From Gammaproteobacteria bacterium (GTDB lineage: Bacteria > Pseudomonadota > Gammaproteobacteria > Pseudomonadales > Azotimanducaceae), in assembly GCA_048571035.1 (NCBI GenBank), contig CP121329.1, positions 2,978,455 through 3,042,454 on the forward strand: DNA of 64,000 bases. The letters are read 5' to 3'. Below, in pieces: positions 29,582 to 38,307 of the stretch. How positions within the stretch are numbered: the stretch's first letter is position 1; every line of letters begins with the position of its first letter. The position numbers and the translations under genes were made by a program. The notes under the pieces are model-generated. The model saw only the letters and a list, made by a program, of their open reading frames with translations, had not been told where the DNA came from and made no database searches.

Positions 29582-30067
29582 ATGGATCATCAGACTTTCG
29601 CGGAGTTATTAGGCAACTATGGGGAATTCATTGGGTCAATCGCCGTGCTCGCGACGCTGGCTTACCTTGCAGCTCAGGTACGGAACTCCAACAAGTACGA
29701 AGCGGCCAAACACATCGACGTTCACATGGACCGAATTCGCGAGCGATTCCTCATGGTCGCGCAGAACGAAGACCTTGCCAGAATCGACCGCATTGCTCAT
29801 GAGGGAGGCAGCTTAGACCAAGATGAGAAATGGAGGTGGCGTGCACTCACCATACATCACATCCTCTGTATGCGTGACGCGTGGATGAGAGCTGACAGCC
29901 TGGGCGGTCTTCCGGGCCGGCCACCCCACTTCTACTTGGATATGCTGGCTGATCTGATCAAGCAACGGCCTGCCATGCGCGAAGTCTGGGACAAGGAATC
30001 ACCTGACAACCCGGCCTGGTCACATGAATTCGTTAGTTACGTCAATCTGAAACTGGCGCAAGAATAA
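29582..30067 (+). CDS. Hypothetical membrane protein, same family, paralog 3
   Basis: LGNYGEFIGSIAVLATLAYLAAQVR; GGAGG SD before ATG 29582. Confidence 0.75.
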   Translation: MDHQTFAELLGNYGEFIGSIAVLATLAYLAAQVRNSNKYEAAKHIDVHMDRIRERFLMVAQNEDLARIDRIAHEGGSLDQDEKWRWRALTIHHILCMRDAWMRADSLGGLPGRPPHFYLDMLADLIKQRPAMREVWDKESPDNPAWSHEFVSYVNLKLAQE

Positions 30068-30100
30068 GCGGTAGTGGCGCGCGGCAAATCTGCCTTTGAC

Positions 30101-30187
30101 GTGGCAGCTTCTGACCGTTCAGAGCCAGTTAGGTCGCGTTTATGGGTTTTCTGCATTTAATGTCGGCTTTCGGGAGAGTCGCGCCCG
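30101..30187. repeat. Two-hairpin element, copy 4 (degenerate)
   Basis: GGCAGCTTCTGACCGTTCAGAGCC...AATGTCGGCTTTCGGGAG. Confidence 0.6.
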
Positions 30188-30218
30188 AGCGAATGAAAGG
30201 AGCGGCTTTAACTGCATG

Positions 30219-30689
30219 TTAGAGATCGGCGCGCTCACAGTTCACTAATTCGCCTGGTTCGACAAATATAGCGGTCGCGATTCTCCATCGATCTGACTTA
30301 AACAATGTGTAAGTTCCACCGCTGATTGTCTCTGCACCATCCTGAAATATCCTTTTAAGCCGAAAGCTAAAAATCGCAACATTCTGGGAGAGCTTACAGG
30401 TCGAGGTTTCCCCGTATTCGCTTCTCACCCAGCCAGCTCTACCAATATCGGCGAGCATAGCCTCCATCCACTTTTCAGCATCTTGGTGAGAGCTGAAATT
30501 TAGGATCTCGGCCGGGGTTATGAACATGGCTGTCGGGTTAAAGTAGTTTCCTACCAATTCTTTAGCGCTATAGCCCTTGTTAAAGTCGACGAGGTAAGAC
30601 TTCATCGTCCCCGCAACGTCATCGCTAGCGCTTATGGTTCCGCTCTGCAGGAATAAGAAGAGAAAGACAATAAATGTGTATCTGCGCAT
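30219..30689 (-). CDS. Secreted NTF2/SnoaL-like hypothetical protein
   Basis: Signal peptide MRRYTFIVFLFLF..., C-terminal GGTYTLFKSDRWRIATA. Confidence 0.6.
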   Translation of the reverse strand: MRRYTFIVFLFLFLQSGTISASDDVAGTMKSYLVDFNKGYSAKELVGNYFNPTAMFITPAEILNFSSHQDAEKWMEAMLADIGRAGWVRSEYGETSTCKLSQNVAIFSFRLKRIFQDGAETISGGTYTLFKSDRWRIATAIFVEPGELVNCERADL

Positions 30690-30866
30690 GATGCTCCTTC
30701 TGATGTCTAACACCACTTATATGGATTCTGGGGTCCGTATAAAATGGGTCGTGAGTGATCTGATTTGAGTGCCATTCTCCTCTACCCATCAAGAACTTCG
30801 AGCACACTACACCAGTACTAGAATCCCAGCAAAAGCTTACAGAGAATTGAGAGTCAATATTTGTGC

Positions 30867-31020
30867 GCGAATGACTGAAGTTGGCCGTTCAGCGACGATT
30901 GATCACAGAGATTGAACGGCGGCTTTGTGGAATAGTTCGAGTAGATTCTAGAATATCTCCAAAGCGGTCACTCAAACCGCTTGGGCGAGCGGCAAAAAAC
31001 GACCCAGAACAGTCATTCGC
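30867..31020. repeat. Palindromic element cluster, copy 5: one unit plus an inverted two-unit element
   Basis: GCGAATGACTG at 30867-30877 and its perfect reverse complement at 31010-31020; GAATGACTGAAGTTGGCCG is 16/19 to 32524. Confidence 0.75.
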
Positions 31021-31146
31021 CAACAGACACTGAAATGGCGGGAAAAGCCTGAATAAATGCCCATACACCGCGAATTGGCTAGCTCTTTTAGCGGTCGCCA
31101 AGTGCATGTCCACGCGATAGAGTTAGCTATGTCATAGGGGATAACG

Positions 31147-32529
31147 ATGGCGGATGTCTTTGTATCATACGATTCAGACGATCGTGCACGGGTTGAGCCT
31201 CTAGTCCGCGAATTAGAGACCGCTGGGTTTGAGGTCTGGTGGGATCGACAGATAAACGCAGGGGAAAGTTTCGACAGGACTATCGAGCAGGAATTGTCTT
31301 CTGCCTCGTGCGTCCTTGTGGTTTGGTCAAAAAACTCCATCGATTCAGATTGGGTGCGCGAGGAAGCTGAAGAGGGTCAGCGCCGTGGCATCCTGATCCC
31401 CGTCCTAATCGACGAATGTCAGATTCCATTAGGTTTCCGGCGCGTTCAAGCTGAGCAGTTGATCGATTGGCCGGATAGTTCGTTGAACGCATCTAGCCTC
31501 ACCAGCCAGATAGCCGCGCTGATCCAAAAAGAGCCACTATCAGCTGCAGGTCATAGAAAGCCAAAATCTCGGCGTCGTATTCTCATCGTTGGGAGTCTGT
31601 CAGCTGTCGTACTGCTGATCGGCGGTTACCTGTACAGCGGTGCCATTATCGGTGGAGTGGTGATGAATGCACCGAAAAGATATTTCGGTGAGCCTATTGA
31701 TCAGCAACTTGGTGTCGCAACCTCTGCAGATGGCACACGGATAGCCTATGCGCTTTCAGGCGATGGTCCGCCTTTAGTCTACGTACTTGGATGGATGACT
31801 CACCTTGAAAAGGGGTTTAACAGTCCTGTTTATGACAATGAACTGCTTGTGGAGATGACCTCACGAAATCACAGATTCTTGCGCTACGACGGGCGGGGTT
31901 TCGGCATGTCTCAGCGCAGCGTTAAGGATTTTTCCCTTACGGCTCGCGTCGCGGATCTTAAGGCGGTCGTCGATGCCGCTGGTTTCAAGCAATTTAGAAT
32001 CCTGGCGGCTTCATCGGGAGGCCCTGTTGCCATCGCGTTCACCGCTCAATACCCAGACAGAGTCAACGGACTTGTATTGGGAAGCTCGTTTGCGTCCAAC
32101 TCATGGGTTACTGAAGAGGAGCGTGAAACGGCAGATCAATTTTGGAGCCTCATTGAGACATCGTGGGATATGTTCCCACCCGTCTCGGACATGTTCGCCA
32201 ATATGACGCTTGCGCCCACAGGAGATATGGTAGAACAGGGGGTTCTAGGGTCGATGTTGCGTCGCTGCTGTAACGGGCCAAACGTTGCGAACTACTTCCG
32301 AGAAACGACTCGATTGGATGTCAGGGAGCAGGCCAAGCGAATCAAAGTGCCTACGCTCGTGATACATGCTCGTGACGATCAAGCGACACCGCTAGAGGGA
32401 GGAAAAGAGTTGGCGTCCTTAATTCCTGGGGCCCGTTTCCAAATCGTGGAGGGCGGCCATCGTGAGGGGACGGCGAGCACAGCAGAAACGCGCCAGTTGG
32501 TTCTGAACTTCTTGGATGTAATTGAATGA
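31147..32529 (+). CDS. TIR domain - TM helix - alpha/beta hydrolase fusion
   Basis: DVFVSY, EVWWD, SDWVREEA (TIR); RRRILIVGSLSAVVLLIGGYLY (TM); LRYDGRGFGMS, AASSGG, HARDD, GGH (hydrolase). Confidence 0.85.
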   Translation: MADVFVSYDSDDRARVEPLVRELETAGFEVWWDRQINAGESFDRTIEQELSSASCVLVVWSKNSIDSDWVREEAEEGQRRGILIPVLIDECQIPLGFRRVQAEQLIDWPDSSLNASSLTSQIAALIQKEPLSAAGHRKPKSRRRILIVGSLSAVVLLIGGYLYSGAIIGGVVMNAPKRYFGEPIDQQLGVATSADGTRIAYALSGDGPPLVYVLGWMTHLEKGFNSPVYDNELLVEMTSRNHRFLRYDGRGFGMSQRSVKDFSLTARVADLKAVVDAAGFKQFRILAASSGGPVAIAFTAQYPDRVNGLVLGSSFASNSWVTEEERETADQFWSLIETSWDMFPPVSDMFANMTLAPTGDMVEQGVLGSMLRRCCNGPNVANYFRETTRLDVREQAKRIKVPTLVIHARDDQATPLEGGKELASLIPGARFQIVEGGHREGTASTAETRQLVLNFLDVIE

Positions 32530-32600
32530 CCGTTGTTGGCCGAATACGGCCCCTTTTGAGGGTTACTGCTAAAGTCGGTTTTCGACCCAAAACGCTCGTT
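32524..32600. repeat. Two-hairpin element, copy 6
   Basis: GAATGACCGTTGTTGGCCGAATACGG...AAGTCGGTTTTTCGACCCAAAAC; TTTCGACCCAAAAC is identical to 28135-28148; contains the TIR gene stop codon. Confidence 0.8.
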
Positions 32601-32618
32601 CAATACAGGTCGGCGCGC

Positions 32619-33533
32619 TCAGTGCTCAGCAACAAACTCTGCGAGTTCCGCTTGGAGGAACTCTTGGAGTGCGATCACTGCTGCGGTATAGCCGCGTCGT
32701 CGGGACATAACTAAATTGAGATGTGCCCGGCCCACATGCCACTCTGGCAACACTTTGATCAACTGACCGGATGCCAATTCGTCCCTGCACGTGTAAGCAG
32801 GTAGCGCCACGATACCGAGGCCTTCAGTTGCGGTTTGCTTCAAGGTGGCCATATCGTCGCTCTTTAACCTGGGTTCAATTTGAACATATTTTTTCTCACC
32901 AGATTTGTGTTCCAGTTTCCAGCGCTCGCCCGCGGCTTGCCAACCAAGGACAAGCGTCTGTTGGTTCTCGAGATCTGATGGTGTCGCAATCGATTTTTCC
33001 GTATTTGAATAGTGGGGTGAGGCAAACAAGTTCCATTCAACAACCGCTAGCGGTCTCTGTACCAGCGTTGAGTCAGGCAGTGGGTCAGTGTGTCCACGGA
33101 TCGACATATCAATACCGGCGGCGACGAGATCAACGGTCTGGTTTGTCACCTGTTGCAGCACTGTGACTTGTGGATTGTCCGCCAGAAAACGAGCCAATAA
33201 TTCTTTCAGCACGAACTGAGCAACACCGACCGAACAACTCAGGGAGACTTTTCCGGACAAGGTGTTTTTCTTACGTTTAAGTGCAGCCTCAGCAAGTTCT
33301 GTTTGGTCGACCGCAGCGCGCGCATGTTGGTAGAAGACCTCGCCAAGCTCGGTGATTTTAGATTGGCGAGTCGTCCGTTGGATCAAGATTGCATCCAGAC
33401 GCTCCTCTAGCTGTGCGATATGCCTGCTCAGTCTTGATTTGGGAATCCCTAGCGCTTCGGCTGCGCGCGTAAACCCTCCTTTTTCGACCACGTGCACAAA
33501 GTAGTAGTAGTCGTTTAAATCGATAGGTGCCAT
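32619..33533 (-). CDS. LysR-type transcriptional regulator
   Basis: GFTRAAEALGIPKSRLSRHIAQLEERL helix-turn-helix. Confidence 0.93.
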   Translation of the reverse strand: MAPIDLNDYYYFVHVVEKGGFTRAAEALGIPKSRLSRHIAQLEERLDAILIQRTTRQSKITELGEVFYQHARAAVDQTELAEAALKRKKNTLSGKVSLSCSVGVAQFVLKELLARFLADNPQVTVLQQVTNQTVDLVAAGIDMSIRGHTDPLPDSTLVQRPLAVVEWNLFASPHYSNTEKSIATPSDLENQQTLVLGWQAAGERWKLEHKSGEKKYVQIEPRLKSDDMATLKQTATEGLGIVALPAYTCRDELASGQLIKVLPEWHVGRAHLNLVMSRRRGYTAAVIALQEFLQAELAEFVAEH

Positions 33534-33650
33534 TGGAACCCCGGGCTCGATTGTTCTGAATATAGGATTATATATTCTAATACTGGCTCTACTAGCTCTA
33601 ATTGTCCTGCTTTTATACTTACTGCGAGCTTAACCAACAGGATTTAGAAT

Positions 33651-34550
33651 ATGAACGCCATCAACACCGCAGGTAATCAAAGCTTCAAATCTGGAAAAAT
33701 GGCTGCCTTATCCGAGCCATTACACGGAACAGATCTCTCGATCGGAAATGGTTTCGAAGCACAGAGTTTCCGAGCTCAAGAAGTCGGACAACTTATGGAT
33801 CCGTTAGTGATGGTCGATCATTATGTGATGACCGCACCTACTTTTGGAGCACACCCTCATGCAGGTATGTCTGCGGTGTCATTGCTGTTCGAAGACAGCG
33901 AGGGCCTTTTTCACAACCGTGATTCACTCGGCAATGATTTTGATCTGCGGCCTGGGGATCTGTATTGGCTCAAAGCAGGTAGTGGTGCTGTTCATGATGA
34001 ATCACCGCGAGTTGATGCTCGAACTCACGGATTGCAGGTATTCGTTAACGTACCTCAGGCCCAACGCTTCGAGGATCCTGAGTCGATCTTAGTTCGAGCT
34101 GAAGATATGCCGGTGATCAGCAACGAAGAATATCGTGTAAAGATCGCCTTGGGTGAATCCAATGGCGTTAGCGGTGCAATTTCTCCGTCAATCCAAATGA
34201 CCATATTGGATGGCGCTATCCAACCGGGCGGACGTTTTGCGTATGAGTCAACCTCGAATCGAGGCATTTGGATTCAAGCAGTGGCGGGAAATCTGGTTAT
34301 CGTCGTCGAGGGGGAGGTTAGGTCCTTGAATCAGGGTGAGGCACTTGCCGTCAGCGCGACCAGGGCGGCTGACATTGGGATCAATAATCCGTCCCATGAG
34401 TCCGTGCACTTTGCCTTGTTCGATGGGGAACAGATTGATGAATCCTATGTGCAAGATGGTCCCTTCGTAATGGGATCCAAAGAAGAGATCGCAGATATCA
34501 AAGTCGCTTACGAAGCGGGTCAATTAGGCTTGATCGCAGACAGCGTCTGA
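33651..34550 (+). CDS. Pirin family protein
   Basis: DPLVMVDH, FGAHPHAG, GAVHDE, QVFVN, GPFVM. Confidence 0.92.
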   Translation: MNAINTAGNQSFKSGKMAALSEPLHGTDLSIGNGFEAQSFRAQEVGQLMDPLVMVDHYVMTAPTFGAHPHAGMSAVSLLFEDSEGLFHNRDSLGNDFDLRPGDLYWLKAGSGAVHDESPRVDARTHGLQVFVNVPQAQRFEDPESILVRAEDMPVISNEEYRVKIALGESNGVSGAISPSIQMTILDGAIQPGGRFAYESTSNRGIWIQAVAGNLVIVVEGEVRSLNQGEALAVSATRAADIGINNPSHESVHFALFDGEQIDESYVQDGPFVMGSKEEIADIKVAYEAGQLGLIADSV

Positions 34551-34569
34551 CACTCTCCATTTTGATTCA

Positions 34570-34644
34570 AACGATCGCAAATAGCCGAAATCTGCCGTCC
34601 AATCCGATTTTGAGCATGACCGCTTAGAAGTGATTAGCAGTCAT
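34570..34644. repeat. Two-hairpin element, copy 7, next to the att region
   Basis: ACGATCGCAAATAGCCGAAATCTGCC...ATGACCGCTTAGAAGTGATTAGCAGTCAT (hairpin). Confidence 0.6.
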
Positions 34645-34658
34645 GCAAGTAAGAAGTG

Positions 34659-34683
34659 ATAGATGATGGGCAGAGACAGAATC
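34659..34683 (-). repeat. Proximal att-like copy of the tRNA-Phe 3' end
   Basis: ATAGATGATGGGCAGAGACAGAATC vs ATAGATGGTGGCCAGAGACAGAATC (23/25). Confidence 0.8.
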
Positions 34684-34758
34684 AACCTGCAACCGCGTTT
34701 TGGTGACACAGTGTCGACAGAAAGGCGTGCCTAAACACAAGAGTCTGATTTAAATAGA

Positions 34759-34834
34759 TGGTGGCCAGAGACAGAATCGAACTGGGGACACGGCGATTTT
34801 CAGTCGCCTGCTCTACCAACTGAGCTATCTGGCC
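34759..34834 (-). tRNA. tRNA-Phe (GAA), 76 nt, CCA encoded
   Basis: Acceptor stem GGCCAGA/TCTGGCC, D arm GCTC/GAGC, anticodon stem GGCGA/TCGCC with loop CTGAAAA, T loop TTCGATT; T stem has 2 mismatches. Confidence 0.92.
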
Positions 34835-34874
34835 ATTTACCACGTGCAGTCGCACGGGTTCTGAAGAGCGGCGT

Positions 34875-34903
34875 ATTAAAGCGGGGTGATCCGCGTGCGT
34901 CAA
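34875..34903 (-). promoter_or_regulatory. sigma70 promoter of the tRNA gene
   Basis: TTGACG-N17-TTTAAT followed by a GC-rich discriminator-like sequence. Confidence 0.7.
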
Positions 34904-34937
34904 CCGTCATGAGGCTGGAATTTGTGAGTTCTTCTGC

Positions 34938-35213
34938 CTAACCCTTTGGCGGTGCTACATATCCTTCTGCTCGATCCACTTCCTCATTGGCAAAAAACAG
35001 CCACATCTGCTCGCTGAGGTATTTGCGTGCGTCCGGGTCCAGCAGCTTCAGATGTTTCTCATTGATCAGCATGGTTTGCAGGTTCTGCCATTCAAGCCAG
35101 GCTTTTTTTGAGACTTCTTTGAAAATACGCTCTCCCGCAGCGCCTGGTATAGGCGGCTTTTCCAGGCCTTCCAGCTCTTCGCCATAGCGGCTGCACATTA
35201 CGGTTCGGCTCAT
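34938..35213 (-). CDS. yggX: Oxidative damage protection Fe(II)-trafficking protein
   Basis: [30 protein letters not shown]. Confidence 0.95.
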   Translation of the reverse strand: MSRTVMCSRYGEELEGLEKPPIPGAAGERIFKEVSKKAWLEWQNLQTMLINEKHLKLLDPDARKYLSEQMWLFFANEEVDRAEGYVAPPKG

Positions 35214-36283
35214 GATGTAAAAGGCTCTTTTAGACTGGCCAGTAGTTTAACCGCTGGGGCGGAAAGGCCAATGGCCTGGTTTTCGCCATTTATGTGCTCA
35301 GGATTAACCCAGCGCAGGGTGTCTTCGCCGATGTAAGAGTCTGGCAGGTCATCAAGGGTGATGTACACAGGTTCAATATCCAGGTGGAAGTGAGTAAAGG
35401 TGTGACGAAAAACGGGGGCAACGTGCTGCCGTTCAACCTGGGTTGAACGGATCTGTAGTTCGTCGAGGAATGTATCTACAGATGTCGAGATGTCTCGTTC
35501 CGGTGGCGTCCATAAGCCGCCCCATAATCCATTCAGCGGTTTCCTCTCCAGAAGCGTGACTTTGTTTGTCAGCGAAAGCACAAAAAAGCGTGCCTGGCGC
35601 ACTGGTTTTTCTTTTTTGGGTTTGCTGGCTGGGTAGTCTGCAATCGTATTGTTGATTCTGGCCATACAATTGGCTTGCAGTGGACAAATTGAGCAACCTG
35701 GATTGCGCCGGGTGCAGAGAGTTGCACCCAGGTCCATAATTGCCTGGGTGAAATCTGCTGTGCGCTCCGGGGGAGTGTGTTCGTCTGCTTGTTGCCAAAG
35801 TTGTTTGGCTACGTCGGTTTTGCCGGGATAGCCAGAAACGGCATGAAATCGGGTCAGCACCCGTTTCACATTGCCATCCAGAATGGTTGCCTGCTGATGC
35901 ATCGCTATAGCTCGGATTGCGCCGGCAGTAGAGCGGCCGATGCCGGGTAGAGCTTCAAGCTCAGACTGGGTTTCTGGGAAATGACCGTTGTGTTGTTCAA
36001 CGATTGCCTGCGCAGACTTGTGCAGATTGCGCGCACGCGCGTAGTAGCCCAGGCCGGTCCACAGATGCAAAACGTCATCAAGGGGCGCGCGAGCTAATGC
36101 TGCAACATCGGGAAAGCGCTGCATAAAACGCTGGTAGTAGTCGATGACCGTCGCCACCTGAGTCTGCTGCAACATGATTTCAGACACCCACACCCTATAA
36201 GGGTTGATGTCCTGTTGCCAGGGCAGATCTTTACGCCCGTGCTGGTCAAACCACGTCAGCAGCTGTTTCGCGAACCAATCCAT
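35210..36283 (-). CDS. mutY: A/G-specific adenine glycosylase
   Basis: [50 protein letters not shown]. Confidence 0.97.
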   Translation of the reverse strand: MDWFAKQLLTWFDQHGRKDLPWQQDINPYRVWVSEIMLQQTQVATVIDYYQRFMQRFPDVAALARAPLDDVLHLWTGLGYYARARNLHKSAQAIVEQHNGHFPETQSELEALPGIGRSTAGAIRAIAMHQQATILDGNVKRVLTRFHAVSGYPGKTDVAKQLWQQADEHTPPERTADFTQAIMDLGATLCTRRNPGCSICPLQANCMARINNTIADYPASKPKKEKPVRQARFFVLSLTNKVTLLERKPLNGLWGGLWTPPERDISTSVDTFLDELQIRSTQVERQHVAPVFRHTFTHFHLDIEPVYITLDDLPDSYIGEDTLRWVNPEHINGENQAIGLSAPAVKLLASLKEPFTS

Positions 36284-36289
36284 ATACGG

Positions 36290-37825
36290 TTAAGGTTGCT
36301 CTTTGTTGTCCAGTGCACGTCCGAGGATGTCCAACAGGCCGCGTGCGGTTTCTCTATATTCTTCCGGTACTTCTTCGTCGATTTTCTGTTCGAGCTTTTT
36401 CCGCAAGCCAGAGTCGTCTCCGCTTTGCAGGGCTTTGGCTACAATACTCTGCGCTGCGTTGCGGTCTAGTTTGCAGGTCGGGTCTGCAGAAGCGCCTGTG
36501 CATCGAATGGGAATAGGTGTGCCTTCCAGCAGCGGATTGATGGTGAACGGGTTGTTCTCCGGTGCGGTGTTAACCGTTACATTGGCCAGCATGTCAATGG
36601 TGTCAGCGGCATAGTCATACTTGCCGTTAGCATCGACGCTCATGTGGTCGAGGGCAAACTGAAGGCTGTGCAGTGCACCGTCGATGTTCCAGCGGCCGGT
36701 AAATTGTTCGTAGTTCCATATATCCGGCCAGGTAGCTGCACGATCTGTTTGTCGTGTAACTGCCGCGATCTGCATCAACTGAGCTTTGATCTTGGAAATA
36801 TTCAGCTGTCCCTGTCCGCCATTGAATTGGGTAGCAGCCTTAACCGAGGCCATAAGCTGTTCTTCGGTGTTGCCGCGTAGTGTGAGTTTGGAATTCATCG
36901 CGATAGGTGCAATCCACTGCAGGCGCTGATCTGTCCAGTCAATCAGGCGCTGGCTATCGACGCCAGTCACCTCAGGCAATATGGTCCACAGTGGTGCCGG
37001 TTTGGTGGCATCAATGTCGACGTCGCTTGCCAGGCTCCCGCCGAGAAAATCGTCGATATTGAGCATAACGTTCAAGCGACCAGCGGTATTGGTGATATCG
37101 ATGTGGCTGTCGGTGAAGGTTTCGCTGCCGACAACAAGCTCCGAAAGGTTGCAGTCCGCGCTGAAGTTGTAGCTTACGAGCGTCGCGAGAGGCAGTAAAT
37201 CGTCTTCGCCCTCTGCGGGCAGTTTTGCTGGCGCAAGGGGGTTGTCAGTAGCCTCTGCCTGACAAATACCTGTGGCCATGTCAGAAGTGATGTGCCCATC
37301 TTTTAAGATAATGCGCTGAGGTTGATCGGCGGTTGCAGGTGTATAGGTAACAAGGCCATTGAAACGTGCCGCGAGGGGTTCTGCGCCCGCTTCGCTGGTA
37401 TGCACAACATCTGCAAACACGGCTGCCGGTTCGCCGAGGCGGAAGTCTTTCACTTCCAGCTTGTTCAGTAGTGTGCTGGCACCATCGGCGTTGTATGTTG
37501 TGTCCAGCAGGGTCAGCTCAGTAACGCGCCACTGATTGATGTCGTTCCACATGGCAGAAAGGTCCATGTTCAGCTGTAACGTGCCTGCGGTAATGTCTTC
37601 ATCCGCAGTGCTGAGGCTCACGTCGGCTACATTCAAACTCAGCGGAGGGAACAGAGACCAGGAGACATCACCGTTAATGCGCGTGGTGTAGCCACTCTGC
37701 TCTGAGATCAATTGCTCGATCTCAGGTTTCAGTCGATTAGCGTCCTGCAGATAAAAGTAAGCGCCGATGGCCAGTGCCACCACTAGAGCCAGTAAGATTC
37801 CAAATATTCGGCCTAACACACCCAT
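36290..37825 (-). CDS. asmA: AsmA family protein
   Basis: N-terminal TM, GDVSWSLFPPL, IPIRCTG; usual position upstream of mutY. Confidence 0.8.
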   Translation of the reverse strand: MGVLGRIFGILLALVVALAIGAYFYLQDANRLKPEIEQLISEQSGYTTRINGDVSWSLFPPLSLNVADVSLSTADEDITAGTLQLNMDLSAMWNDINQWRVTELTLLDTTYNADGASTLLNKLEVKDFRLGEPAAVFADVVHTSEAGAEPLAARFNGLVTYTPATADQPQRIILKDGHITSDMATGICQAEATDNPLAPAKLPAEGEDDLLPLATLVSYNFSADCNLSELVVGSETFTDSHIDITNTAGRLNVMLNIDDFLGGSLASDVDIDATKPAPLWTILPEVTGVDSQRLIDWTDQRLQWIAPIAMNSKLTLRGNTEEQLMASVKAATQFNGGQGQLNISKIKAQLMQIAAVTRQTDRAATWPDIWNYEQFTGRWNIDGALHSLQFALDHMSVDANGKYDYAADTIDMLANVTVNTAPENNPFTINPLLEGTPIPIRCTGASADPTCKLDRNAAQSIVAKALQSGDDSGLRKKLEQKIDEEVPEEYRETARGLLDILGRALDNKEQP

Positions 37826-37867
37826 CGTGGGTCCATCTCAATAACAAGGGGCGCCTAGTATAGAGGT

Positions 37868-38191
37868 TTATGGATGACGGGTAGCTGAACGGCGAAAGAA
37901 ACGTAGGGTTGTCAGATTGCCCGGCGAACTTTTCCGTGGCGTTCCGCGTCCACGCCAGTTTCTGACTTGTTTGCGCAACGCTGCTTCCGCTGCTTCCTCA
38001 TTCGGGAACGGGCCGGCGTCCTGGTGGCCGCGTGCGCGGTAGTACCACTGACCCTCGTCCGTTTGATAAATGCGTTCGTCCACTTCCCCAGTCCTTATCT
38101 TCCGAAACGCGATATTCCGGATACTACTTGATCGGCAACGGTGTTCTGCTGACACGCTCTGTGTGATTATTATTGGATCACAGATGCGCAA
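37868..38191 (-). CDS. Small hypothetical protein (DUF6316-like)
   Basis: ERIYQTDEGQWYYRARGHQDAGPFPNEEAAEAAL; start uncertain. Confidence 0.5.
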   Translation of the reverse strand: MRICDPIIITQSVSAEHRCRSSSIRNIAFRKIRTGEVDERIYQTDEGQWYYRARGHQDAGPFPNEEAAEAALRKQVRNWRGRGTPRKSSPGNLTTLRFFRRSATRHP

Positions 38192-38307
38192 ACTCAGTGT
38201 ATTGTCTTTGTAACGGTTATATTAAAGAGCAAATGCGTCAGGTAAATAGCGCAAATATACTAATTTTGGATAAACCACTCAGGTTTTAGGCATTCTAGGT
38301 AACAAAT

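Larger units (their letters stand above)
27185..34778. mobile_element. tRNA-Phe-anchored genomic island without an integrase gene
   Basis: Bounded by 40-bp direct repeats containing the tRNA 3' end; contains only small accessory genes. Confidence 0.75.

Noticed and set aside
32619-34550. LysR-pirin pair as novel
   Set aside because: A common divergent module; notable only as cargo of the island
28082-34644. Palindromic repeats as a CRISPR array
   Set aside because: Copies are degenerate, separated by whole genes rather than 30-40 bp spacers, and no cas genes are present
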